Shown here piece after piece: positions 29,320 to 38,629 of a stretch of 47,690 nt of DNA; positions within the stretch are counted from its first letter, which is position 1, and every line of letters starts with the position of its first letter. A model generated the notes under the pieces. That model did no database searches and was not told where the DNA came from. It saw only the letters and a program-made list of their open reading frames with translations. The translations under genes and the position numbers were made by a program. Origin of the DNA: Candidatus Omnitrophota bacterium (lineage in GTDB: Bacteria; Omnitrophota; Gorgyraeia; Duberdicusellales; 4484-171); the NCBI GenBank assembly GCA_017994375.1, contig JAGOLA010000001.1, forward strand, positions 1 through 47,690, written 5' to 3'.

Positions 29320-30215
29320 AAGTTTCGGTTTTGATTTGTACTTATAAAAGGCCTAACTTATTAGAAGAGTGTTTACATTCATTAATAGAAGATTCCGAAA
29401 TTTTACCGGATGAAATTGTGATAGTTGACGGAGAAAATGGTCAAATAAAAGATATAATTTACCAGTGGCAGAAAAAATTTTCTCCGATAGTATTAGTTCC
29501 GACCAAGAATATTAATTTAGCAGCAGCCAGAAATAAAGGCTTGCCTTTTTGCAGCGGCGAGGTAATTGCTTTTAGCGATGATGATATTAAGGTAAGTCCT
29601 AACTGGATTAAAAAAATAAGAGAGTTACACAATCATTATCCTGAAATTTCAGCTATAGGAGGAAAAGTAGAAAGCTTAAGCCAGAGATTTCGGGATAGAA
29701 TCGCTGATTTGGTTATCTTTCCAGCCCCTAAAAAACCGCAGCGGGTAGAGACTTTGGCCGGAGCTAATATTAGTTATAAGAAAAACACTATTAAAGAAGT
29801 AGGCTATTTTGATGAAGAATTATTTCGGGGCGAAGATGTGGATTATAATTGGCGGATTTTAAAAAAGGGCGGTAGTATTTACTATGATCCTGAGCTTTTA
29901 GTCTACCATCGCCATCGCAATAGTTGGAGAGGGCTATTTTATCAACTTTTTATGTATGGTAGAGCCTACTATTTAGTGCGCCGCAAATGGGAAGATATCT
30001 ATTGCATCTATCCACGTAAGTTTAATACTTTAAAAGATTTGCTCAAGGTGTTTTATTTCTTCGGCAGCGTAATTTATCAGGCTTTTTTAGATGCTAAAAA
30101 GGTAGATAACGTCTATTTTGGTATTATTGCTTATCCGGTTTTAATAGGATGCCAGTTAGTATGGCGTATAGGTATGATATCACAATATTTAAAAACTAAA
30201 TTTAAGAAGAATTAA
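29316..30215 (+). CDS. glycosyltransferase family 2
   Basis: VSVLICTYKRPNLLEECLHSL, then DGENG, and the FSDDD (DXD-type) motif. Confidence 0.8.
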   Translation: MKVSVLICTYKRPNLLEECLHSLIEDSEILPDEIVIVDGENGQIKDIIYQWQKKFSPIVLVPTKNINLAAARNKGLPFCSGEVIAFSDDDIKVSPNWIKKIRELHNHYPEISAIGGKVESLSQRFRDRIADLVIFPAPKKPQRVETLAGANISYKKNTIKEVGYFDEELFRGEDVDYNWRILKKGGSIYYDPELLVYHRHRNSWRGLFYQLFMYGRAYYLVRRKWEDIYCIYPRKFNTLKDLLKVFYFFGSVIYQAFLDAKKVDNVYFGIIAYPVLIGCQLVWRIGMISQYLKTKFKKN

Positions 30216-30217
30216 CT

Positions 30218-31531
30218 ATGGATTGGATTTTTGCAGTAGTTTGTATTACCGCCGGGCTTATTTTTATCTGGAGCTTAGCAAAGGGTAGAAGACCCTTGAG
30301 CTATTTATTTTATTTTTGGGTAATTTGTTTTAATTTCGGCCCCCGCACCAACGAAATTTTCGGCCTTAATATTTTTTACTTAGAAGGTATTAGCTGGATA
30401 GTCTTTTTTATGTTGTTATTTCGCCTTAATTTTTTTATTTTTCATGAGAAAGGTATTTTCCCTAAATACACTGCTCCTCTTTTCGGCTTGTTCCTCATTG
30501 GGCTTTTGACCGCTGCTACTAACCAGAGGGAGGCAAAGATAATCATTGAAGACTTTAGCCCTTTTTTAAGTTTGATTCCGGTTTTTTGTATAGTTTTTGC
30601 CGGCTTTAAATATCTAGATATAAAAATCGAAAAGATAATCAAGATTTTCATCATCGGAACAGCTATACTTACTGCCGGAGGAGTTTTGTTTTATTTTTTC
30701 CCTCAACTGATAAAAATGTTTCCCGAAGGTTTATTTACCGGTGAATCGGTTTTAATCGATGTCAGCACCATAGAAGTAGAGCTTCAGGAAGGAGTAGTGC
30801 TCAATAGAGGTGGCGGCTCGTTTTGGGGTCAACTTCTCTTAAGCGCTTATTTACTTCTTTTATTATTTCCTATCTATAGCTTAAGGACATACCTAAAAAA
30901 AGGGAGTAAAGGTTGGGGCTGTTTGTTCTTAACAGCAGCAATGATCACTAACATTTTAATAAACGGCCAACGTAGCGTTTGGGCCGGATTTTTACTAGGG
31001 ATTGCTTTATACTCTTTCTTTAAAGGGTTGCGAGGAGTATCGATGGTAATAGCATTTATTTTTATCCTGCACAAGATTCTTCCGCCGGCTTTTCTTTTAA
31101 GGTTTTATTCCTTGTTTAAAGTTAGCGATATAGCTTGGGCCGGAAGAGTAACTAGATATGAGAAGGCTTCAGAGATTATTTCTCAACATCCATTTTTTGG
31201 CCTTGGCTGGGGCGGAAGCGGCTGGGTTCATGATATTGCTTTACAGATGAGTGCTAACTTAGGGCTTATAACTACTTTCATCTTTTTCTTGTGGTTAAGA
31301 AAATTGATTCTTAACGCCTTCCAATTATATAACAATCCTGATCAATCTAAAATTAATAAGGTGTATATACTTTCCTTTGCCGTCAGTATCGTAGCTTTTT
31401 TAGGACCGTTATTAGGCGAATCAGTGATGAATTATCCGCATTTGATGATTCCTTTTTGGAGTTTTTGCGCCATCGTCCATAACTTTAAAGTCAATGCTAT
31501 CAATATAGAAACAGCCGAAAATAAAAATTAA
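30218..31531 (+). CDS. O-antigen ligase-like (Wzy_C domain) polytopic membrane protein
   Basis: About 10-12 TM segments. Loop motif NRGGGSFWGQ, then HPFFGLGWGGSGW and VHDIALQMSANLGLI, resembling the WaaL/PglL/Wzy_C signature (R..G.F.NPN ... GxGxG ... H(N/D)..L). Confidence 0.72.
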   Translation: MDWIFAVVCITAGLIFIWSLAKGRRPLSYLFYFWVICFNFGPRTNEIFGLNIFYLEGISWIVFFMLLFRLNFFIFHEKGIFPKYTAPLFGLFLIGLLTAATNQREAKIIIEDFSPFLSLIPVFCIVFAGFKYLDIKIEKIIKIFIIGTAILTAGGVLFYFFPQLIKMFPEGLFTGESVLIDVSTIEVELQEGVVLNRGGGSFWGQLLLSAYLLLLLFPIYSLRTYLKKGSKGWGCLFLTAAMITNILINGQRSVWAGFLLGIALYSFFKGLRGVSMVIAFIFILHKILPPAFLLRFYSLFKVSDIAWAGRVTRYEKASEIISQHPFFGLGWGGSGWVHDIALQMSANLGLITTFIFFLWLRKLILNAFQLYNNPDQSKINKVYILSFAVSIVAFLGPLLGESVMNYPHLMIPFWSFCAIVHNFKVNAINIETAENKN

Positions 31532-31538
31532 AAATTTT

Positions 31539-32297
31539 GTGATGACAGAAAATAAAATAACCGTTATCGTACCTTGCTATAATAATGAAGATATAATAAA
31601 AGATTGTCTTGAAAGCGTAAAATGGGCTGATGAGCTTTTAGTTTGTGACTCTTTCAGTAAAGATAAGACCTTGGATATAGTCAAGGTTTATACTAACAGG
31701 ATTATTCAGCACGAATATATTAATTCAGCTACCCAAAAAAATTGGGCTATACCACAAGCCAGCAACGAGTGGGTATTAATTGTTGATACTGATGAAAGAA
31801 TAACTGAAGAGTTAAAAGAAGAGATTCTTGGTGTTCTTAAGAGAGAGACAAGCTGCAACGGCTTTAAGATACCGCGTTTTAACTATAGTTTTGGTAAAAG
31901 ATTAAAATACGGAGGTTATTGGCCGGATTATCAGCTAAGGTTGTTTCGAAAAGATAAAGGTAAATACGAGCCTCGGGAAGTCCATGCCGAAGTAGTATTA
32001 GAAGGAGAAGTTGGCTACTTAAATAATCCTATAATCCATCTGCACGATAGGGCATTAAGACAGGTTATCGAGAAGTATTTTGGCAGATATGTAAAGTGGG
32101 AAGCTAAGGAAAGGTTAAAAAGAGAAAAACCTTCGTTATTGAAGTTAATATTTTTACCGCCGGCGATATTTACCCTGCGCTATTTTGTAAAAAAAGGATT
32201 TTTAGACGGCATAAGGGGGTTTATCGCGGCTAGTATCTGGAGCAGCTATACTTTTCTTACCTATTTATATATGTGGCAATGGAGAAAGAAACAATAG
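31539..32297 (+). CDS. glycosyltransferase family 2 (WaaE/KdtX-like core-type)
   Basis: ITVIVPCYNNEDIIKDCLESVKWADELLVCDSFSKDKT and LIVDTDE resemble LPS-core GT2 enzymes. Start is GTG 31539 or ATG 31542. Confidence 0.78.
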   Translation: MMTENKITVIVPCYNNEDIIKDCLESVKWADELLVCDSFSKDKTLDIVKVYTNRIIQHEYINSATQKNWAIPQASNEWVLIVDTDERITEELKEEILGVLKRETSCNGFKIPRFNYSFGKRLKYGGYWPDYQLRLFRKDKGKYEPREVHAEVVLEGEVGYLNNPIIHLHDRALRQVIEKYFGRYVKWEAKERLKREKPSLLKLIFLPPAIFTLRYFVKKGFLDGIRGFIAASIWSSYTFLTYLYMWQWRKKQ

Positions 32298-33475
32298 TTT
32301 TTTTAGAGGAAGGTCAAGGCATTGGCGGAGCCGAAACTGCGCTTATCGGGTTACTTAAATATCTGGACCAGAGCCGTTTTGAGCCCCTGGTTATTATTTC
32401 TAGCCAAAGTAATTTTTATACCGCCCTAGAAGAACTAGGACCGCAGACAAAAATAGTAGTTTTAAACACCCCTTCTTTTGCCTCTACTAGCTGGGAAGTC
32501 GGCAATAAACGAATTCCCAATATTTTTGCCGTTGTCTATAACTTATTGCTTATTATCATTAAAGCTGTCAGAATATCGAATTATTTAGGCGATATAAAAG
32601 TCTCGATTATTCAAACCAATGATATCTATGCTCATATTTACGGCGGTATAGTCGCTAAGATAAAAAAAACATTTTGCATTTGGTGGTTTCAAGACATACC
32701 TTCGAAATCTTTCCTTTTGGGGTTAGGGAGAGTTTTTATAAACCTTCTAGGAGCTATTTTACCTCAGAAAATTATTGCTATTTCACAGGCAGTGGCAGAG
32801 TCCTTTTCTTCGTCGCTTAGAAAGAAGCTGCTTCTAATACCATTAGGAGTGGACCCAGAGCGGTTAGAGAGAGTAGATGCCGAAGCCAAAGTTAAACTTA
32901 AAGAAAACTTAGGCTTTAGTAGCAGTGATGTTATTATTGGGATGACTTCAAGGATAGTCCCTTGGAAAGGACACGAGTTATTTTTAAATTCAGCCAGTTT
33001 ATTATCTAAAGAATATCCTAATTTAAAATTTCTTATAGTCGGAAGCACAACTTTTGGTCGGCCTAGTTATTTAAGTAAGTTAAAAAAATTGTCCGAAAAA
33101 TTAGGCATAAGTAAAAAGGTAATATTTATTGATTTTGTTTATAATATCAAAGAGATGCTAAGCGTCATAGATATTTTAGTGCATGCTTCGATAAGGCCTG
33201 AACCTTTTGGCTTGGATATAATAGAAGCAATGTCTTTAGGAAAAGCCGTGGTGGCTTCCGATATTGGCGCCCCCCGAGAAATTATCGATAATAATAGAGA
33301 CGGTATTTTATTTAAATCTGCTGATTCTATTGCTTTAGCAAGAGCTCTAAAAGAGGTACTAAATTTACCGCAGAAAATTATCGAGTTAGGGCAGGCAGCA
33401 AAAATAAAAGCTAAAGAAAGATACACCGCCGAAAAATTAGCAAGAGCTTTGGAAGATATTTACTTAGCTAAATAA
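32273..33475 (+). CDS. glycosyltransferase family 4
   Basis: LVHASIRPEPFGLDIIEAMSLGKAVVASDIGAPREIIDNNRDGILF. The N-terminal GIGGAETAL is typical of GT4. Confidence 0.85.
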   Translation: MAMEKETIVFLEEGQGIGGAETALIGLLKYLDQSRFEPLVIISSQSNFYTALEELGPQTKIVVLNTPSFASTSWEVGNKRIPNIFAVVYNLLLIIIKAVRISNYLGDIKVSIIQTNDIYAHIYGGIVAKIKKTFCIWWFQDIPSKSFLLGLGRVFINLLGAILPQKIIAISQAVAESFSSSLRKKLLLIPLGVDPERLERVDAEAKVKLKENLGFSSSDVIIGMTSRIVPWKGHELFLNSASLLSKEYPNLKFLIVGSTTFGRPSYLSKLKKLSEKLGISKKVIFIDFVYNIKEMLSVIDILVHASIRPEPFGLDIIEAMSLGKAVVASDIGAPREIIDNNRDGILFKSADSIALARALKEVLNLPQKIIELGQAAKIKAKERYTAEKLARALEDIYLAK

Positions 33476-33489
33476 AGCGAGGCAAAATT

Positions 33490-34494
33490 TTGAAAGAAAA
33501 AATAAGAATCCTTTTTTTACATCAAACCTGGATGGGGTTTGAAGTGCGGGATTATGAGATCCTCAAAAATAATTTTTTCGCTAAAGAATTGCTTATTTAT
33601 AAAGACGTTTTTTTTAAGCTCCCCCAAATTATTAAAGATATTTTGAGTAGCGACTTAGTCTTTTGTTGGTTTGCTTACCGAGTAGCATTGATACCTTTGC
33701 TTATCGCTAAAGTCTTAAGAAAAAAAATTATAGTAGTAATCGGCGGCTGGGAGTGTGCTAGCCAACCGGAAAATGACTACGGAGCTATGAGGCCGGGTTT
33801 TAAATTCTTACTAGCCCGTAGTTTTGTAAGAAGTATAGCTACTTTATCCGATAAAATTATCGCCGTATCTAAATATAATGAACAAGAAATAATAACCAAT
33901 ATCAGACCGTCTTTAGAGAAAATTTCTTTAATATATCTTGGTATCCCAACTGATTGTTGCCAAGGCCAATCTCTACCAAAAGATAATTTAGTACTGACAG
34001 TAGCTAATGTTACAGTCGAGTCGTTTAAAAGAAAAGGCATAGATATTTTTATTAAGGCCGCTAGATTACTTTCAGATACCAAGTTTGTTTTGGCTGGGGA
34101 GATCGATAAAGAGTCCTCTGATTACTTAAGAGATAATTTACCGCAAAATCTTACACTTACTGGTTTTGTCGGCGAAGAACAATTGCATAAGTTATACCAA
34201 CAAGCTAAAGTATATGTTCAGGTATCCTATCATGAGCAGTTCGGGGTAGCTTTGGCCGAAGCTATGGCTCATGGTTGCGTGCCGGTAGTTTCTCAAAGGA
34301 CGGCTTTGCCGGAAGTAGTGGGCAGCAGCGGTTATTATGTACCCTATGCTGATATAGATAGGACCATTGAGGCTATAAAAGAAGCTTTAAGAGACGGTCA
34401 ACGGGGCGAAATTGCCAAGCAACGCATCAAAGAAGAATTTTCTTTAAAGAAAAGGGAAGAATCTTTGGTAAATTTAATTAAAAATTTAGTTTAG
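33490..34494 (+). CDS. glycosyltransferase family 4
   Basis: YVQVSYHEQFGVALAEAMAHGCVPVVSQRTALPEVVGSSGYYV. TTG start per the ORF track, so the start is uncertain. Confidence 0.78.
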   Translation: MKEKIRILFLHQTWMGFEVRDYEILKNNFFAKELLIYKDVFFKLPQIIKDILSSDLVFCWFAYRVALIPLLIAKVLRKKIIVVIGGWECASQPENDYGAMRPGFKFLLARSFVRSIATLSDKIIAVSKYNEQEIITNIRPSLEKISLIYLGIPTDCCQGQSLPKDNLVLTVANVTVESFKRKGIDIFIKAARLLSDTKFVLAGEIDKESSDYLRDNLPQNLTLTGFVGEEQLHKLYQQAKVYVQVSYHEQFGVALAEAMAHGCVPVVSQRTALPEVVGSSGYYVPYADIDRTIEAIKEALRDGQRGEIAKQRIKEEFSLKKREESLVNLIKNLV

Positions 34495-34544
34495 CCGAGA
34501 ATAGGGCTAGGCATAATAAGAGTAATTACAATCAATAATTAATC

Positions 34545-35744
34545 GTGAAAATTGAAGAGAAAAATTTAGCCATTTTTATTAACGCTTACCTTTTTAAATG
34601 GGATAATAATTATTATAGCGATGATAATACAGTTGTTTTTTGTCTTAATATCGCCAAAAAGTTTAAAAGAATAATTATTTTTGCACCGGTATTAAACGGC
34701 GATATTTCGTTAGCCGATAGATTTTATAAGATAAATGGCAATAATTTAAAAGTTATCGCCATACCCAATTATAATGGCAGCACTTATAGCTTAATTTACG
34801 CTGGTTTCAAAGTGATGCCGGCTCTTTATAAAGTTTTAGAATTATTGCAAGACCAAATAGATATTTTGTGGCAGGTCGATTGTCCCAATCCTTTAAATTT
34901 AGTTTTTAATATTTTTTGTAGCGTAAGAAAAATACCAATGGTATTCTTCTTACGCCTGGATGTTATTTCTATTTTGAAAATCAAAAATAGAGGATTTAAA
35001 AGATTTTTCTCTATAATTTTTGCCAAAATTATAGACTGGTTTAATAGAAGATTGTTAGAGAAACATCCGGCTTTTGTAACCGGAGAAAAGTTATATCAAA
35101 GCTACAAGAAAAAGAATAGGTTGGTGTATAAAATTTTTGAGAATTTAATCAGAAAAGAAGAAATCTTAGCTGCTTCCGAAGCTAGAGTGAGAAAAAATAA
35201 CGGCAATTTAGAAATAGTAGGTATTGGCCGGTTAGAAAAGCAGAAGGGATTCGTATATTTGCTAGAGACAGTTCGTTTACTGACCGAGGTTTATTGTATC
35301 AAAGCCCATTTTACGCTTATCGGATCCGGACCGGAAGAGAAAACGTTAAAAGAATATATCCATAAATATAAATTAGAAGATTATGTAGAAATGACAGGAT
35401 TTATAAAGCATGGTGAACTTTTTTCCAGATATTTAGAAAAAGCTGATATTTTAGCACAGCCTTCTTTAGAAGAAGGCGTACCTAAAACTATTTTCGAAGC
35501 TATGGCTTCAGGTATACCAATAATTGCCAGCCGAGTAGGAGGATTACCTTATTTAATTAAAAATGGAGTAAACGGATTATTAGTAAAGCCGGCTAATCCT
35601 GAAGAGTTGGCAGAAGCTATCTTACGTTATAAAAATGACTTTGCTCTTTTTAAGAATATCGCTTTGAATAACTTAAGCTATGTCGATGGCTTTATTTTTG
35701 AAAAACAAAGAGATTTCATTTTAGAAACGATTAAGAATTTATAA
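34545..35744 (+). CDS. glycosyltransferase family 4
   Basis: LAQPSLEEGVPKTIFEAMASGIPIIASRVGGLPYLIKNGVNGLLV. GTG start per the ORF track. Confidence 0.82.
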   Translation: MKIEEKNLAIFINAYLFKWDNNYYSDDNTVVFCLNIAKKFKRIIIFAPVLNGDISLADRFYKINGNNLKVIAIPNYNGSTYSLIYAGFKVMPALYKVLELLQDQIDILWQVDCPNPLNLVFNIFCSVRKIPMVFFLRLDVISILKIKNRGFKRFFSIIFAKIIDWFNRRLLEKHPAFVTGEKLYQSYKKKNRLVYKIFENLIRKEEILAASEARVRKNNGNLEIVGIGRLEKQKGFVYLLETVRLLTEVYCIKAHFTLIGSGPEEKTLKEYIHKYKLEDYVEMTGFIKHGELFSRYLEKADILAQPSLEEGVPKTIFEAMASGIPIIASRVGGLPYLIKNGVNGLLVKPANPEELAEAILRYKNDFALFKNIALNNLSYVDGFIFEKQRDFILETIKNL

Positions 35745-35753
35745 CTATTCTCT

Positions 35754-36770
35754 ATGGAATGTCCTTTTGTTTCCGTAATAATGGCTTGCCGTAACGAAAG
35801 AGATTATATTGCCAAATCTTTAACTTCTTTACTTAAAACAACTTATCCTCTAGATAAATTAGAAATTATCGTTATTGATGGAGAAAGCACTGATGGAACA
35901 AGAGAAGCCTTAGAAGAGATGGCCAGTAAAAATAATATTGTTAAGGTATTAACTAATTCTAAAAAGATTATACCGGCAGCTTTAAATATCGGTATCAAAA
36001 ATTCCCAGGGCGAGATTATCATAAGGGCCGATGCCCACGCCGAATTTTCTTCAGATTATATAAGTAAATGTGTAGAGTATTTGCATAAAACCGATGCTTG
36101 GTGTGTAGGCGGGACGTTAGAGACCGCTTCTTTAGCCGATACTTTGATAGCAAAAGCCATCGTAGCAGTTTTATCATCTCCTTTTGGGGTCGGATTTTCT
36201 TATTTTAGAATAGGTAAAGAACCCCGTTATACAGATACTGTTCCTTTCGGAGCCTTTAGAAAAGAGGTTTTTAATAAAATAGGATTGTATGATGAATGCC
36301 TGGTAAGAAACGAAGATAACGAATTTTCTAGCCGGATAATAAAAAACAAAGGTAAGATATTTATTACCCCCGAAATAAAAAGCACCTATTACGCTCGGAC
36401 TAATTTAAAGAGCTTTCTAGAGAATAGTTATGCCAACGGTCTTTGGAATGCTTTTATCCAAAGATTTTATCCTTATGCTTTTAGATGGCGCCATTTCTTG
36501 CCGTTAGTTTTTTTTATGGGGTGTGTATTAGTTTTTATATCTTTAATCTTAGGGGTAATTTTGAAAGCAACTTACTTATATTCGGTATCTTTAATTTTAG
36601 TCCCTTATTTTTTAGTCAATATCTTATCATCCTTAACCTTTATAAAAAAATTAAAGATGCGATCTTTTATCCTAACTATCGGATTGTATTTTTTATTTCA
36701 TTTTGTCTATGGTTACGGGATTCTTAAGGGTTGGATGCTAGTATTACGAAACTTGCGGCCGCAAGAGTAA
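35754..36770 (+). CDS. glycosyltransferase family 2 with C-terminal transmembrane segments
   Basis: VSVIMACRNERDYIAKSL, VIDGESTDGT, RADAH and NEDNEF (ED motif). Two to three C-terminal TM helices follow. Confidence 0.8.
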   Translation: MECPFVSVIMACRNERDYIAKSLTSLLKTTYPLDKLEIIVIDGESTDGTREALEEMASKNNIVKVLTNSKKIIPAALNIGIKNSQGEIIIRADAHAEFSSDYISKCVEYLHKTDAWCVGGTLETASLADTLIAKAIVAVLSSPFGVGFSYFRIGKEPRYTDTVPFGAFRKEVFNKIGLYDECLVRNEDNEFSSRIIKNKGKIFITPEIKSTYYARTNLKSFLENSYANGLWNAFIQRFYPYAFRWRHFLPLVFFMGCVLVFISLILGVILKATYLYSVSLILVPYFLVNILSSLTFIKKLKMRSFILTIGLYFLFHFVYGYGILKGWMLVLRNLRPQE

Positions 36771-36853
36771 AGCCCTAAGGATTAAACCCTTTTGGATCCT
36801 TGGAGGATTAAAAATTTGTTAAAAAGATAAGGTTTTTTAAAATTGAATTTATT

Positions 36854-36862
36854 TGTTATAAT
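36854..36862 (+). promoter_or_regulatory. extended -10 promoter candidate (TGTTATAAT)
   Basis: This lies in the only sizeable gap (109 bp) inside the glycan locus, 18 nt upstream of the aminotransferase ATG. There is no good -35. Confidence 0.3.
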
Positions 36863-36879
36863 TTTAAGATAAGACAGAA

Positions 36880-38040
36880 ATGAAAAATAATACAATTAGC
36901 TATACTAAGCCCTCTATAGGAGTCGCCGAAAAGAACGAAATTCTAAAAACTATTTCTTCTGATTGGTTAACCGCCGGCCCAAAAGTTAAACTCTTTGAGC
37001 AAAGATTAACTCAATATCTTGGTTGCAAATATATTCAAGTTCTAAATTCATGCACCGCAGCTTTAGATTTAGCCGTATTAGCCTGCGGAATCGGCAATAG
37101 AGACGAAGTCATTACGACTCCCTTTACTTTTTGTGCTACGATAAATTCTATAATACACAGCAAAGCCAAGCCGGTTTTTGCCGATATTAGCAGAGATACT
37201 TTTAATATTGATCCTTTAAGCATCGCCGATAATATTACTAAAAAAACTAAAGCCGTTTTACCTATGCATTATGGCGGTATGCCTTGTGATATGGACCAGA
37301 TATTTAAGATTGCTAAGAAATATAATCTTAAAGTCATCGAAGATGCCGCTCATGCTATCGGTGCCGAATATTACAAAAGAAAAATAGGAACGCTTTCCGA
37401 TGCTACTTGCTTTAGTTTTCATGCTACTAAGAATATCACGACGGCCGAGGGAGGCGCGATTGCTACTAATAATAAAAAAATCATAGAATTTATAAAGAAG
37501 GTTTATTTGCACGGCATAAATCGTGAAAGTTGGCAAAGACATAAAGTAGGGAGTTGGAAATACCGTGTTATTTATCCTGGCTTTAAGACTAATATGAGCG
37601 ATATCTTAGCATCTTTAGGTATACATCAATTAGAGAAAATAGAGGATTTTATTCGAAAAAGAAGACAAATAGCGCAGTTTTATGATAGTTATTTTAAGAA
37701 AGAGCCTTTACTGGACTTACAAAATACTTCTTATACAGTAAAACATGCTCATCATCTTTACCCGATTATATTAAAAACAGAAAGGCTTAAAATAAACCGA
37801 GACCAGTTCATAGAAAAGCTTAAGAAAAGAGGCGTTATGACTTCTGTTCATTTTATACCGGTGTATAAGCATCCTGCTTATAAGTCTTTTATAAAGCCGG
37901 TAGATATCAAGAGATTAAAGAACACCGAATATATCTATAATCGTTTAATATCATTACCAATTTATCCTCTTTTGAGTTTAAAGCAAGCTAGGTATGTAAT
38001 CGAAAGCGTTAAAGATATAATTAAGAAAAACAGAAAATAA
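36880..38040 (+). CDS. DegT/DnrJ/EryC1/StrS-family sugar aminotransferase (PglE/WecE-like)
   Basis: PLP-lysine region SFHATKNITTAEGGAI, plus EDAAHAIGA. Confidence 0.88.
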   Translation: MKNNTISYTKPSIGVAEKNEILKTISSDWLTAGPKVKLFEQRLTQYLGCKYIQVLNSCTAALDLAVLACGIGNRDEVITTPFTFCATINSIIHSKAKPVFADISRDTFNIDPLSIADNITKKTKAVLPMHYGGMPCDMDQIFKIAKKYNLKVIEDAAHAIGAEYYKRKIGTLSDATCFSFHATKNITTAEGGAIATNNKKIIEFIKKVYLHGINRESWQRHKVGSWKYRVIYPGFKTNMSDILASLGIHQLEKIEDFIRKRRQIAQFYDSYFKKEPLLDLQNTSYTVKHAHHLYPIILKTERLKINRDQFIEKLKKRGVMTSVHFIPVYKHPAYKSFIKPVDIKRLKNTEYIYNRLISLPIYPLLSLKQARYVIESVKDIIKKNRK

Positions 38041-38041
38041 G

Positions 38042-38626
38042 TTGATTAAAAGATTTTTTGATATTATTTTTTCGTTAATAGTATTATATTTTAGTCTACC
38101 AATTTTTGTTATTTTTTTCTTTTTGATAAAATTGGATTCTGCGGGGGCTGTTTTCTTTAAACAGAAAAGAATCGGTAAAAACGGAAAAGCCTTTTTAATT
38201 TTTAAATTTCGCACCATGCGGGCAGAGAAAGGCCCTCTTTTAACTACTTCTAAGGACAATAGGATTACTTCTTTAGGGCGGTTTTTACGGAGGATTAATT
38301 TTGACGAACTTCCGCAATTTTGGAATATAGTTAAAGGGCAAATGAGCGTAGTTGGGCCTCGTCCGGAAATCCCGGAGATAGTAGAAAATTTTACCGAAGA
38401 GCAAAAAAAAATACTTAACTTTAAACCCGGCTTTACCTCTTATGCTACTCTTAAATGTTTAAACGAAGAAAAAATATTAGATGATAAAAATTTGATGCAG
38501 CAGTATTATAATGAACAATTACCGTTAAAAATAAAATATGATTTAGAATATTTTTATCATAACAGCAATTTTTTAAATGATTTATTAATAATTTTAAAAA
38601 CAGTAGGTAAGACTTTTTGGTCTTAA
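38042..38626 (+). CDS. small monotopic phosphoglycosyl transferase (bacterial sugar transferase, PglC/WbaP-C-terminal type)
   Basis: KRFFDIIFSLIVL re-entrant helix, FFKQKRIGKNGKAFLIFKFRTM, and DELPQFWNIVKGQMSVVGPRPE. Confidence 0.88.
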   Translation: MIKRFFDIIFSLIVLYFSLPIFVIFFFLIKLDSAGAVFFKQKRIGKNGKAFLIFKFRTMRAEKGPLLTTSKDNRITSLGRFLRRINFDELPQFWNIVKGQMSVVGPRPEIPEIVENFTEEQKKILNFKPGFTSYATLKCLNEEKILDDKNLMQQYYNEQLPLKIKYDLEYFYHNSNFLNDLLIILKTVGKTFWS

Positions 38627-38629
38627 GAT

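Noticed and set aside
36485-36727. An 80-aa + strand ORF overlapping the 3' end of the GT2 gene in another frame.
   Set aside because: It lies inside the well-supported GT2 ORF, within its C-terminal TM region. It is a hydrophobic, Phe-rich shadow frame caused by T-rich codons.
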